NCBI GenBank assembly: GCA_963796275.1
Contig: CAWCKY010000001.1
Location: 576,001-640,000 of the forward strand
Length of the DNA stretch: 64,000 nucleotides
Direction: 5' to 3'
From: an uncultured Acidobacteriota bacterium
GTDB lineage: Bacteria > Acidobacteriota > Blastocatellia > RBC074
Shown: positions 43,374 to 52,838 of the stretch, in pieces
Numbering within the stretch: position 1 is the first letter of the stretch
Layout of the letters: every line of letters begins with the position of its first letter
Notes under the pieces: model-generated
Told to the model about the DNA's origin: nothing
What the model saw: the letters and a program-made list of their open reading frames with translations, nothing else
The model's database searches: none
Translations under genes and position numbers: made by a program

Positions 43374-43444
43374 ATAAAACATGTTTACGTATCGTTCAGG
43401 AAGAAGATTTTAGAGGGAGGGGGCACTACTATAAGTGTGAATAC

Positions 43445-43669
43445 ATGAGTGGAAATTACAGACAAAAAAACAACAGTTATGGACAGCTCATGGAATTTTT
43501 GTTGAGCGAACGCCATCGTTATGAATCCGAAGAGGAATTCAGAGCATACGCTCTTGGGGAGGTTCGACGTTTCATCAGCGAGTTGCGACGGCTTGATATA
43601 GAGCTGACGATGCGGCCGAATTTTCTTGAGAAATCACCATTGGATTTCAACGCACCTGATAAGCCATAA
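43445..43669 (+). CDS. Small hypothetical protein (74 aa), paralog of 50676-50933
   Basis: 30/46 identical core with the second copy, many synonymous differences; downstream of a sigma54 promoter, upstream of glnA. Confidence 0.8.
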   Translation: MSGNYRQKNNSYGQLMEFLLSERHRYESEEEFRAYALGEVRRFISELRRLDIELTMRPNFLEKSPLDFNAPDKP

Positions 43670-43788
43670 AAGCTTACGGTGACGAAGAAGCCCTGCTGGA
43701 TTTCTTCAGGCTTTTCCGAAGAGTTTCTTTCCAATCCCAATAATTTAATTTTGGCCTGGGAGAGTCCCAGCGCCCAAGGAGGCAATGA

Positions 43789-45213
43789 ATGACCCCAAAA
43801 GATGTAATAAAGCTAGCCAAAGAGAAGGGCATACAAATTGTAGACCTACGATTTATTGATATGCCCGGGACATGGCAGCACTTCTCGATTTCGGTTGGAG
43901 AATTGTCTGAAAACCTCTTCTCGGAGGGGATTGGTTTTGACGGTTCATCAATTCGAGGATTCCAGGCGATCAATGAATCGGATATGCTGCTCTTTCCGGA
44001 TCCGACAACCGCCACCATCGATCCCTTCACCGAGCATCCGACGTTGGTACTGATCTGCGATGTGAAAGACCCGATTACCGGCGCGAATTACACGCGCGAT
44101 CCGCGATTTGTAGCCAAGAAAGCCGAGGAGTATGTCAAGAAGACAGGTCTGGCCGATACGGTATACATTGGGCCAGAGCTGGAATTCTTCATCCTCGATA
44201 ATGTCCGCTTCGACCAGAGTTACAACTACGGTTTTTATTATCTCGACTCAGAAGCAGCGGCCTGGAATTCGGGAAGAGAAGGAACGCCCGAGAGGCCGAA
44301 CCTGGGCAATCGTCCGCGCTATAAGCAGGGTTATTTCCCCGTGCCGCCCGATGACCATATGCAGGACATACGCTCTGCGATGCTGCTGGCGCTCGAAAGC
44401 GTCGGCGTGAGAATCGAAGTACACCACCACGAGGTGGCGACCGGCGGTCAGACCGAAATCGACATGCGGTTCGACACATTAACCCGGATGGCTGACAAGG
44501 TGCTCTGGTACAAGTACTGCACCAAGAACGTTGCGAAGAGATACGGTAAGACGGTGACATTCATGCCCAAACCGCTCTTCCAGGATAACGGTTCCGGCAT
44601 GCATACGCACCAGTCGCTGTGGAAGGGTGAGAAGAATATCTTTTACGAGAAGGGGGGGTATGCCGATCTCTCGCAAACCTGTCTTTACTACATCGGCGGC
44701 ATTCTCAAGCACGCGCCGGCTCTGTGCGCATTGATCGCGCCGACCACCAACTCCTATCGCCGTCTGGTGCCCGGCTACGAAGCACCGATCAACCTGGCCT
44801 ACAGCCAACGAAACCGATCGGCGGCTGTGCGCATTCCGACCTACTCGAAAGCCGAGAGAGCCAAACGCATCGAGTTTCGTACTCCGGACCCGACCTGCAA
44901 TCCGTATCTCTCCTTCGCCGCTTGCGTAATGGCGGGGCTGGATGGGATTGCCAACAAAATCGATCCGGGCGATCCGATGGACAAGGACCTCTATGAATTG
45001 CCGCCGGAAGAGGCCGCGGAGATCAAGCAGCTTCCGGGATCGCTCGATGAGGTGCTCAATGCATTGGAGACTGATCATGCCTTCCTGCTGAAGGGCGATG
45101 TCTTCACTAAAGATTTGATCGAGACCTGGATCGAGTACAAACGGAAGAACGAAGTGGATCCGATCCGTCTGCGTCCACATCCCTGGGAATTCGCGCTCTA
45201 TTTCAACGTCTGA
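43789..45213 (+). CDS. glnA: Glutamine synthetase type I
   Basis: FDGSSI, HHHEVA, FMPKP, NGSGMH, NRSA, RIEFR; adenylylation-site Tyr in DKDLY; RBS AGGAGG. Confidence 0.98.
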   Translation: MTPKDVIKLAKEKGIQIVDLRFIDMPGTWQHFSISVGELSENLFSEGIGFDGSSIRGFQAINESDMLLFPDPTTATIDPFTEHPTLVLICDVKDPITGANYTRDPRFVAKKAEEYVKKTGLADTVYIGPELEFFILDNVRFDQSYNYGFYYLDSEAAAWNSGREGTPERPNLGNRPRYKQGYFPVPPDDHMQDIRSAMLLALESVGVRIEVHHHEVATGGQTEIDMRFDTLTRMADKVLWYKYCTKNVAKRYGKTVTFMPKPLFQDNGSGMHTHQSLWKGEKNIFYEKGGYADLSQTCLYYIGGILKHAPALCALIAPTTNSYRRLVPGYEAPINLAYSQRNRSAAVRIPTYSKAERAKRIEFRTPDPTCNPYLSFAACVMAGLDGIANKIDPGDPMDKDLYELPPEEAAEIKQLPGSLDEVLNALETDHAFLLKGDVFTKDLIETWIEYKRKNEVDPIRLRPHPWEFALYFNV

Positions 45214-45217
45214 AGCT

Positions 45218-45294
45218 GCACAAACTGGAAGCAAGAACGGCAAAATGAAGTAGAAAAGTTTGCTTCCTTTTGCCCTTTTGCTTCCAGTTTTTGC
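45218..45294. terminator. Long imperfect hairpin between convergent genes
   Basis: AAACTGGAAGCAA...GGCAAAA pairs with TTTTGCC...TTGCTTCCAGTTT. Confidence 0.65.
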
Positions 45295-45296
45295 GC

Positions 45297-46895
45297 TTAT
45301 TTCGTCTCTTTCGTTTCCTCCTCGCTTCTCCTCTTCAGGCGCGAAGATTCTGGCGCCCCGATGATAATTTCGAATATTCCATTCACATGGTTGGTATGAA
45401 GTTGATAGTCGCGTAGGAATTGCTCGCTTGCGCTCAATTGATCGTCATCGCAATAACCGAGCATACGGGAGAGAGCATTCAAGGGGCCCGCTTTTACCGG
45501 TATCGAATGCGTCTGCGCATCATCGACCATCTGCAGCTTATTCTCCACATCCCGCAGGAAAATGTAGGCCGCAGTCAGCCTGATCATCTCGTCAGCCGAG
45601 ATCAGCGCTTGAGCGCAGAGCGCATCGAGGGCTTTCAGCGTGCTGCGTCCGCAAATCTCCTGGTAGCTGCTCCCGAATGTTAGTTGAAGCGCCTGTACGA
45701 TGAGTTCGATCTCGCGGATTCCCCCGAATCCCAATTTGACGTTTCGGTCCCGCTCGCGGCTGGCAGTCATCTTTCTGTCGATCTTTTTCTTCATAGCGCG
45801 GACCTCGTTGAGGGGTTCGAGGCCGAAAGGGCGTTCATAAACAAAAGGAGCGACCATGGCCAGAAATTGCCGGCCGAGCCGGGCGTCGCCAGCCACCGGA
45901 TATGCCTTGAGCAAAGCTAATCTCTCCCACGTCTCACCCCGCGCATAATAATATCGCCGGAATCCATCGAGCGAATATGCGATGTTTCCCATTCGGCCAT
46001 CGGGCCGTAACCTCAAATCGACGCGATACAAATAGCCTTCGTTTGTGATGTCGCTTAAAGCCAGGGTGACTCTTTGCGAGAGCTGGCGATAGTACTCGGT
46101 GCTCGAGATGGGTGCGGTCTGATTCGAGTCATCATCGTCAGCTGCGTGTAGATAGATCAGGTCGACATCGGAGCTGAAGTTGAGCTCACCTCCGCCGAGT
46201 TTCCCCATTCCCAGGATGGTGAACCCCCCCAAACTTCTTCTGGAGATTCCGGATTCTCGAAACAGCGCGCCTTCACAAATCCGCAGGGCGGCCGAGATCA
46301 GCGCTTCAGCGAGTAGCGAGAGAGCAGACAGCGTTTCTTCAACCGGGCAAAGACGCATGAGATCGCGCACTCCGATGTGCAGCATTTCCCTACGTTTGAA
46401 AGCGCGCAGGAAATCCAATTGCTTCTTTTCTGACGCGATACTCTGCAGTCCGCGCAAGACATCGCGGGCGATCTCCCGCTTTTTACGTTTCTGGTAGAGC
46501 GTCTGAGGATCAGTCAGCCAGTAGAGATAGACCGGATCCCTGATGAGAATTTCGGCCATATGCTGGCTGCCTCCGAAAGTCTTGGCGAGAATTTCCAGGC
46601 TGCGCGGGGATTCATTAAGGTAGGAAAACAAGCGCGTTTTGTTGACGGCGGAGCGCGCGAATCTTTCGAAATGATTGAGCGCCTGGTCCGGGTCGGCCGA
46701 TTGCGACGCGCACAGGAGCAAATCTTCCAGGATATTGGCCAGTAGCTGGCGCGCCGTGGGATCATCCGCCATCGCCTGCAGATTGGCGTCAGCTTTAGTT
46801 GGCTCTTTAAATCCGTAAGGACCCAGCAAAGCTTCCGCCTGCTGCGGATCGAGGCGTGGCGCCAGCAGTAGATCCTTTAAGTTCTTGGGCGACAT
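45297..46895 (-). CDS. glnE: Single-domain GlnE (adenylyl-removase-like half)
   Basis: GMGKLGGGELNFSSDVDL, YRVDLRLRPDG, WERLALLKA, NVKLGFGGIREIE; only one nucleotidyltransferase module; likely start MSPKNL. Confidence 0.85.
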   Translation of the reverse strand: MSPKNLKDLLLAPRLDPQQAEALLGPYGFKEPTKADANLQAMADDPTARQLLANILEDLLLCASQSADPDQALNHFERFARSAVNKTRLFSYLNESPRSLEILAKTFGGSQHMAEILIRDPVYLYWLTDPQTLYQKRKKREIARDVLRGLQSIASEKKQLDFLRAFKRREMLHIGVRDLMRLCPVEETLSALSLLAEALISAALRICEGALFRESGISRRSLGGFTILGMGKLGGGELNFSSDVDLIYLHAADDDDSNQTAPISSTEYYRQLSQRVTLALSDITNEGYLYRVDLRLRPDGRMGNIAYSLDGFRRYYYARGETWERLALLKAYPVAGDARLGRQFLAMVAPFVYERPFGLEPLNEVRAMKKKIDRKMTASRERDRNVKLGFGGIREIELIVQALQLTFGSSYQEICGRSTLKALDALCAQALISADEMIRLTAAYIFLRDVENKLQMVDDAQTHSIPVKAGPLNALSRMLGYCDDDQLSASEQFLRDYQLHTNHVNGIFEIIIGAPESSRLKRRSEEETKETK

Positions 46896-47062
46896 ACTGT
46901 CTGATAAGATAATGAAGTTTGGAAGACGAAACAAATAATAATTATATGGAGGAATGAATCACGACAAAAATCACAAATGTTGCCTGTAACCGCAAATATT
47001 ATCTTTGGCATCGGTTTTTTGTCCTGTTGTGAGACTTCTTCCTCGAATACTATAGAACACGA

Positions 47063-49312
47063 ATGGTGAACGCTGAAATCAAGAGAGTGATCGAAACATT
47101 CTGTCCGGAAATCGACAAAGATTTTGTCGGGGAATTCTTTGCTCGCATGGATGAAGATTATTTTGCCACTTTCTCTCCGGAAGAGATCGCCACCCATATA
47201 CGTATGTCGCGCGGGCTCGATCCGGAGCATCCGGTGCGATGCCTGATTACGCCGCGCGGTGACGGCGAATTCGATATCATCATCGTCGGTTTCGACTACC
47301 TTTCCGAGTTTTCCATCTTCTGCGGCTTAATGTCGGCGTTCGGTCTCGCGATTCAATCCGGCAATAGCTATTCGTTTGCCAGGAATACGTCCGATGCCAC
47401 AAGCGCGCGAACGGCCCACCGATCTCCTAGAAGGAAGCGGCCATCGTCGAGCCGGATCGTAGATGTCTTCACCGTCAGCCTGGACCAGGATGAGGTATTC
47501 GATGAATCCACACAATCCCGCTTCGCGGAGCAACTGCAAGCGCTCGTCCGGCAGCTCGCTACAGGATCGTCCGACCAGGTTAGGGATCGTCTCAATCGCC
47601 TTCTGACCGATCGTCTTGAGAAGATGGATGGGCAATTGAGCGGTCTGCTCTCTCCCATCGATGTCCAATTCGATAACCTGGCTTCGCCGGACTGGACCCT
47701 GATGAACGTGCGCTCCGAGGATGCCTACGCCTTCCTCTATGCTTTCTCGAATGCGCTCGCGATGCGCGGAATTTACATACACAAAGTCAGGATCGAAAGC
47801 GTCCGGAACGAAGTGAGAGATCAGTTTTTCATCGCCGACAGATGGGGACGCAAAATCGAAAGTGAACGAGAGCAGGAGCAACTGCGCACGGCGGTAGTGC
47901 TGATCGAGCAATTCACACGGTTCTTGCCGTCAGCGCCGGACCCGGCTCGGGCGATGCGCCACTTCGATCAGTTTCTGGATAAGATCGCGGAGGAGCAGAT
48001 TTCCGACGAGTCCGTAGCCTTTTTCACCGGCGATGAGGGAATGAACCTGCTGGCGCATCTGCTGGGCAGCAGCGATTTCCTCTGGGACGAGTTCCTGCGC
48101 TTCAAAGAAATACAACCGATCCTGCCGATTCTGAGAGACTTCTCTCGCATTGAACTGGATCCCGGTAAACAATCGCTGTTCTATCACCTCGACGCACAGC
48201 TTGCCCGTGCCGCCACTTTTGAGGAGAAGAAGAAGGGCGTCAACCAATTCAAGGACCGCCAGGTCTTCCTGATCGATATAAAGCACCTACTGGATCCGCA
48301 GACAACCCTGGTGGATTTCTCTCAAGCGCTGACCCACCTGGCCGAGGTGATTCTGCATAAAGCTGCTGAACTTTGCCTCTCGCAACTGGTCGAAGAGTAC
48401 GGAGAGCCCGTGTTGATAAACGGAACCAAGTGCAGGTTTACGATCTGCGGGCTGGGCAAGTTCGGCGGGTGCGAAATGGGATATGCATCCGATCTTGAGA
48501 CGTTGTTTGTTTACGAAGGACCGGGGCAGACGCGCGGAGATAAGGCGATAGATAATGGGATTTTCTTTGAGCTATTGGTGCAAAAGATCGCAGAGTTCAT
48601 CGAAGCCCGTGAGAAAGGGGTCTTTCACATCGATCTCAGGCTCAGACCGCACGGAAAAGCCGGCGCGCTGGCGAGCCCGTACGAACAGTTGGCGGCTTAT
48701 TACAGTTCAACAGGCGAAGCTGCCCCTTTTGAGAGGCAGTCGCTCATCAAGCTGCGGTGGGTCGCCGGAGATGAAGCTCTCGGACGTAGAGTGGAAGCCC
48801 ATCGGGACAGTTACAGCTATAGTGGGGAGACATGGGATTGGGAGTACGCCCTCCATCTGCGCGGCAGGCAAGAGCGTGAACTGGTCAGGGCCGGTGAGGT
48901 GAATGTGAAATATAGTCCCGGTGGAATCATCGATATAGAGTACACCGCTCAGTATCTGCAAATCATCTTTGGGAAAGATCAGGGCCTCAGGACGGCCAAC
49001 ACGATGGAGGCGTTGGACGAGCTCAACCGTTTGCAAATCATCGCTCGAAGCGATCACGGTGAATTACAGACCGCCTATATTTTCTTGCGCCGGCTAATCG
49101 ATGCGCTCAGGCTGGTGCGCGGCGATGCCAGCGACCTCGTGCTGCCGCACGAGTCTTCAGAGGAATATAAATCGCTCGCTCGAAGAATGGGCTACCAGGA
49201 GCGAGACCGAAGAAAGAGCGCCGAGCGATTGGCCGCGGATATCAGACAGTTAATGAAAAAAGTCCGGTCACATTATCTGAAATGCATACAAATTAAGGCG
49301 CAGCCGGGTTAG
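47063..49312 (+). CDS. glnE: GlnD-like tandem ACT domains fused to a GlnE adenylyltransferase-like half
   Basis: N-terminal MDEDYFATFSPEEIATH linker plus two ACT-like units (FDNLASPDWTLMNVRSED...IHKVRIE...RDQFFI); C-terminal GLGKFGGCEMGYASDLE, IDLRLRPHG, VKYSPGGIIDIEY. Confidence 0.85.
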   Translation: MVNAEIKRVIETFCPEIDKDFVGEFFARMDEDYFATFSPEEIATHIRMSRGLDPEHPVRCLITPRGDGEFDIIIVGFDYLSEFSIFCGLMSAFGLAIQSGNSYSFARNTSDATSARTAHRSPRRKRPSSSRIVDVFTVSLDQDEVFDESTQSRFAEQLQALVRQLATGSSDQVRDRLNRLLTDRLEKMDGQLSGLLSPIDVQFDNLASPDWTLMNVRSEDAYAFLYAFSNALAMRGIYIHKVRIESVRNEVRDQFFIADRWGRKIESEREQEQLRTAVVLIEQFTRFLPSAPDPARAMRHFDQFLDKIAEEQISDESVAFFTGDEGMNLLAHLLGSSDFLWDEFLRFKEIQPILPILRDFSRIELDPGKQSLFYHLDAQLARAATFEEKKKGVNQFKDRQVFLIDIKHLLDPQTTLVDFSQALTHLAEVILHKAAELCLSQLVEEYGEPVLINGTKCRFTICGLGKFGGCEMGYASDLETLFVYEGPGQTRGDKAIDNGIFFELLVQKIAEFIEAREKGVFHIDLRLRPHGKAGALASPYEQLAAYYSSTGEAAPFERQSLIKLRWVAGDEALGRRVEAHRDSYSYSGETWDWEYALHLRGRQERELVRAGEVNVKYSPGGIIDIEYTAQYLQIIFGKDQGLRTANTMEALDELNRLQIIARSDHGELQTAYIFLRRLIDALRLVRGDASDLVLPHESSEEYKSLARRMGYQERDRRKSAERLAADIRQLMKKVRSHYLKCIQIKAQPG

Positions 49313-49359
49313 ATGTTCGGTCGCCGGAAATCAATCGAGAACAAATTTTTGTGCCCTTC

Positions 49360-50397
49360 CTACCATTCGCCAGCATCGACCACATCGACCTCCACGGCGT
49401 TCGAACTGTGACCCTCGCAATAGACCTGCACTGTGTTGGAGCCGATATCGAGCCCGGGTGGGACAGCGATATTGATCTGTGCCGAGCCGGCCTGATCGAT
49501 CTCACTGACAAAACAGGGGCGCACACCATAACCTCCGATCACAACCTTCACGTTTGTGCGAGTCGCCGTTTCTGGCATTCTCTTCGCCCAGATCGCGAAA
49601 ATCGCATTTCTGCCGCGGCGCGGGAAGTAATGCTTGAAAGTACATGCATTATTCACATCATCGATAAAGATCGAGGGCGCGGGTTGAGCCGGTAGGTCGG
49701 TGAATTGGCGGTGAGCCTTTAAGGTCGATCGCGTCTTTTCGCGGTGTATCACATCTATCTGCGCGAACCCGGCGGTATCGGCCATATTTACGAGGCACTG
49801 CGTATTTGGCCCCCACCAATTATCGTATTGCCCGCCCAATTCATCGAACGGATAGAACTCCATGACCGGCGACGTTGCATCGAGCATACCATCGATAACG
49901 TATGATTGAATTATCGCTACATCGCGCGTAACTTCACAGACGCGCTGCAGACCCAGCAATGGATGTTGCAGATGGTAGAGCACGCCCAGGAAAATGACGA
50001 TATCGAAAACGCCGAGATTCTCGCGGCTGACTTCATAGACGCTCAGCTCGCGAAATTCAACGCGCGATTTGAGCTCGCTATGCGCCTCGAAGAATTTGGC
50101 GGGGCGGACGCAGTCGACTGCCACCACCTCGGCACCGTGCCGTTCAGCCGTGAACGAATAAAAACCATCCCAACAGCCAATGTCGAGCACACGCTTCCCG
50201 GTAAGGTCATCCGGTAATTTGAAATTGTCATAATGAGATTGAAGTTCATCGAGTTTGCGCGCGCCCGGAGTGATTCGGCCGCCTCCGAGATCGATGCTGT
50301 GCCACCAACCGGTTTTCGCCAGTTCTTCGGTATTTTCTCCCGCTACTTTTTCATGTGCTTCCCGCATCGCGAGATCGTCTTTTAATTGTGTCGCCAT
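49360..50397 (-). CDS. SAM-dependent methyltransferase (CmoB/DUF1698-like) with Ig-like C-terminal domain
   Basis: WWHSIDLG, VLDIGCWDG, FLGVLYHL, NWWGPN; C-terminal QINIAVPPGL. Confidence 0.85.
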   Translation of the reverse strand: MATQLKDDLAMREAHEKVAGENTEELAKTGWWHSIDLGGGRITPGARKLDELQSHYDNFKLPDDLTGKRVLDIGCWDGFYSFTAERHGAEVVAVDCVRPAKFFEAHSELKSRVEFRELSVYEVSRENLGVFDIVIFLGVLYHLQHPLLGLQRVCEVTRDVAIIQSYVIDGMLDATSPVMEFYPFDELGGQYDNWWGPNTQCLVNMADTAGFAQIDVIHREKTRSTLKAHRQFTDLPAQPAPSIFIDDVNNACTFKHYFPRRGRNAIFAIWAKRMPETATRTNVKVVIGGYGVRPCFVSEIDQAGSAQINIAVPPGLDIGSNTVQVYCEGHSSNAVEVDVVDAGEW

Positions 50398-50593
50398 AAT
50401 GTTTCTCGTGTGGATGATGTCTGATAAAGAAAGCTAATTTACCTCAACGGTTAAGTCGAATCAATTCCGCAGCGGTGCCGAGTTATTGTAAAAGGCTGGC
50501 GTTTAGATGGCAGATACATTATTGTTGCCGGAGAGAACGGAGTACATAAAAAACTGAAAAGAAGTGATATCAAGACTAGACCGTGCAGGGCAA

Positions 50594-50609
50594 GGGCACT
50601 AACGTCGCG
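50594..50609 (+). promoter_or_regulatory. Degenerate sigma54-like promoter before the second small ORF
   Basis: GGGCAC-TAACG-TCGC keeps GG-N10-GC with two mismatches; an ACATTATTGT site lies upstream at 50516-50525. Confidence 0.35.
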
Positions 50610-50675
50610 GAGAGTGATGTCTGCAACTCATTCGACGCTCTCTTAAACCCATGAACATTATTTTAGGAGGACTTG

Positions 50676-50933
50676 ATGCACGACTACGAAAATGAAAAGA
50701 GTGAAACTACTGAACCTAAGGACCAAAGCGAGTTGATGAGCTTATTGCTGAAAGAGCGTTCGAAATTTTCGTCTGAGGAGGAATTTAAGGCGTACGCGGT
50801 AGATGAAGTGCGGCGCTTCATCAATGATCTGCGTTCGATCAATATCGAGCTTACGATGCGGCCAACCTTCAATAAGATTCCGCTCTCGCGGCATAGCGTC
50901 ACCGAAAAATTGAGCTCACATCGAGAAAACTGA
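50676..50933 (+). CDS. Small hypothetical protein (85 aa), paralog of 43445-43669
   Basis: Perfect RBS AGGAGG 5 nt before ATG; shared core SEEEFxAYAxxEVRRFIxxLRxxxIELTMRP; stop 9 nt before ilvD. Confidence 0.85.
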   Translation: MHDYENEKSETTEPKDQSELMSLLLKERSKFSSEEEFKAYAVDEVRRFINDLRSINIELTMRPTFNKIPLSRHSVTEKLSSHREN

Positions 50934-50942
50934 CTTAAAAAT

Positions 50943-52715
50943 ATGGCTTTTGATCCAGAAGATAATAATAACAACATCACTAACGGATCGGAGCGGGCGC
51001 CGGCGCGTTCTTATATAAAAGAAAAAAGTGATTTAAACATGTCATTCGATCCCAAACATCGCAGTCACATAATCACGAATGGCCGTGATCGGGCGCCGGC
51101 GCGCTCGATGTTCAAGGCCATAGGGTTTACCGATGAAGACCTGGCCAAACCGATTATCGGTGTCGCCCATATGTGGATTGAGACGATGCCCTGCAACTTC
51201 AATCACCGCGATCTGGCAGTAAAGGTCAAGGAGGGCATCCGCGCAGCCGGCGCCACGCCGATGGAGTTCAACACGATTTCGATCAGTGACGCGGTGACGA
51301 TGGGCACTGAAGGTATGAAGGCTTCGCTGGTCAGTCGTGACCTGATAGCCGATTCGATCGAACTTGTCGGGCGCGGTTATATGTTCGATGCCGTGATAGC
51401 GATTGTCGGCTGCGACAAGACGATTCCGGGCGCGGCGATGGGGCTGATCCGTTTGAACGTGCCGGGGCTGATCTTATATTGCGGTTCGATAGCTCCGGGA
51501 AATTTTCGCGGTCGCGACATAACAATTCAGGATGTCTTCGAGGCAGTCGGCGCTAATGCGGCGGGCAAGATCACAGACGCGGATCTTTTTGAGATCGAGA
51601 ACGTCGCTTGTCCCGGAACGGGCGCCTGCGGCGGTCAGTATACTGCCAACACAATGGCGATGGTGATGGAGTTCATCGGCTTGTCTGTCATGGGAACGGG
51701 CAGCGTTTCGGCGACCGACCCGCTCAAAGAGAAGACCGCGATTGAGTCGGGCAAGTTCATTGTCGACCTTCTGCGTCGAGGCGTCAGGCCTAGCGATATA
51801 CTGACTCGCATATCATTCGAGAACGCGATAGCCGGAGTCGCAGCCACCGGCGGTTCGACAAATGCTGTGTTGCATCTGCTCGCTATGGCGCGCGAAGCGG
51901 GGATCGATCTGACGATCGACGATTTCGACGCGATCAGCAAGCGTACGCCGCTCATAGCCGACCTGAAGCCGGGCGGAAAGTACACGGCGATCGATCTGGG
52001 GAAAGCGGGCGGCATCGGGCTCGTAGCGCGGCGCCTGGTCGAAGCCGGTTGTATCGATGGGAATCAGGTCACCGTGAGCGGGCTGACCATCGCACAGGAG
52101 ACCGAACTGGCAGACGAAACGCCCGGCCAGACCGTCGTTTTCTCTGTCGATAAACCTCTCAAACCCAACGGCGGGCTGGTAATCTTGAAAGGCAATCTCG
52201 CGCCGGAAGGCGCCGTCGTCAAAGTTGCCGGCCACGAACGCCCGTATCATCGCGGTCCTGCGCGCATCTTCGAGCGCGAAGAGGATGCGATGGAGGCGGT
52301 GACGGGCAAGCAGATCAAATCCGGAGATGTCGTCGTCATAAGATACGAAGGTCCGAGAGGCGGCCCGGGTATGCGTGAGATGCTCGGTGTAACGGCGGCG
52401 ATAGTGGGCGAGGGGCTGGGCGAAGAAGTAGCTTTGATGACCGACGGGCGTTTCAGCGGCGCCACCCGCGGGTTGATGGTCGGCCACGTAGCCCCTGAAG
52501 CGGCAACCGGCGGGCCAATCGCCGCGCTACGCGAGGGCGATATGATCGTATTCGATATCGAAGCCCGCAAGCTCGAAGTCGAACTCTCTGATGAGGAGAT
52601 CAAGCGAAGGTTGTTAGAATGGAAACCGCCCGCGCCGCGTTATAGGTCAGGAGTTTTTCAAAAGTACGCCGCGCTTGTTTCATCGGCCTCGGAAGGGGCG
52701 ATCACGAGAGGATGA
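50943..52715 (+). CDS. ilvD: Dihydroxy-acid dehydratase
   Basis: PCNFN, CDKT, GACGGQYTANTM, GGSTNAVLHL, GGPGMREM, TDGRFSG; second in-frame start at 51039. Confidence 0.97.
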   Translation: MAFDPEDNNNNITNGSERAPARSYIKEKSDLNMSFDPKHRSHIITNGRDRAPARSMFKAIGFTDEDLAKPIIGVAHMWIETMPCNFNHRDLAVKVKEGIRAAGATPMEFNTISISDAVTMGTEGMKASLVSRDLIADSIELVGRGYMFDAVIAIVGCDKTIPGAAMGLIRLNVPGLILYCGSIAPGNFRGRDITIQDVFEAVGANAAGKITDADLFEIENVACPGTGACGGQYTANTMAMVMEFIGLSVMGTGSVSATDPLKEKTAIESGKFIVDLLRRGVRPSDILTRISFENAIAGVAATGGSTNAVLHLLAMAREAGIDLTIDDFDAISKRTPLIADLKPGGKYTAIDLGKAGGIGLVARRLVEAGCIDGNQVTVSGLTIAQETELADETPGQTVVFSVDKPLKPNGGLVILKGNLAPEGAVVKVAGHERPYHRGPARIFEREEDAMEAVTGKQIKSGDVVVIRYEGPRGGPGMREMLGVTAAIVGEGLGEEVALMTDGRFSGATRGLMVGHVAPEAATGGPIAALREGDMIVFDIEARKLEVELSDEEIKRRLLEWKPPAPRYRSGVFQKYAALVSSASEGAITRG

Positions 52716-52838
52716 GGGAGTGCGGGTGCGCGCTCTCTCCCACTTATCAAACTCGGCTTCCATCGGTTCAGCGAGCCTGTCAGGGTCAATCCGGATAACG
52801 GGAGGACGCGCGCTATATTTATGGGCGCGTTCGGTGAT

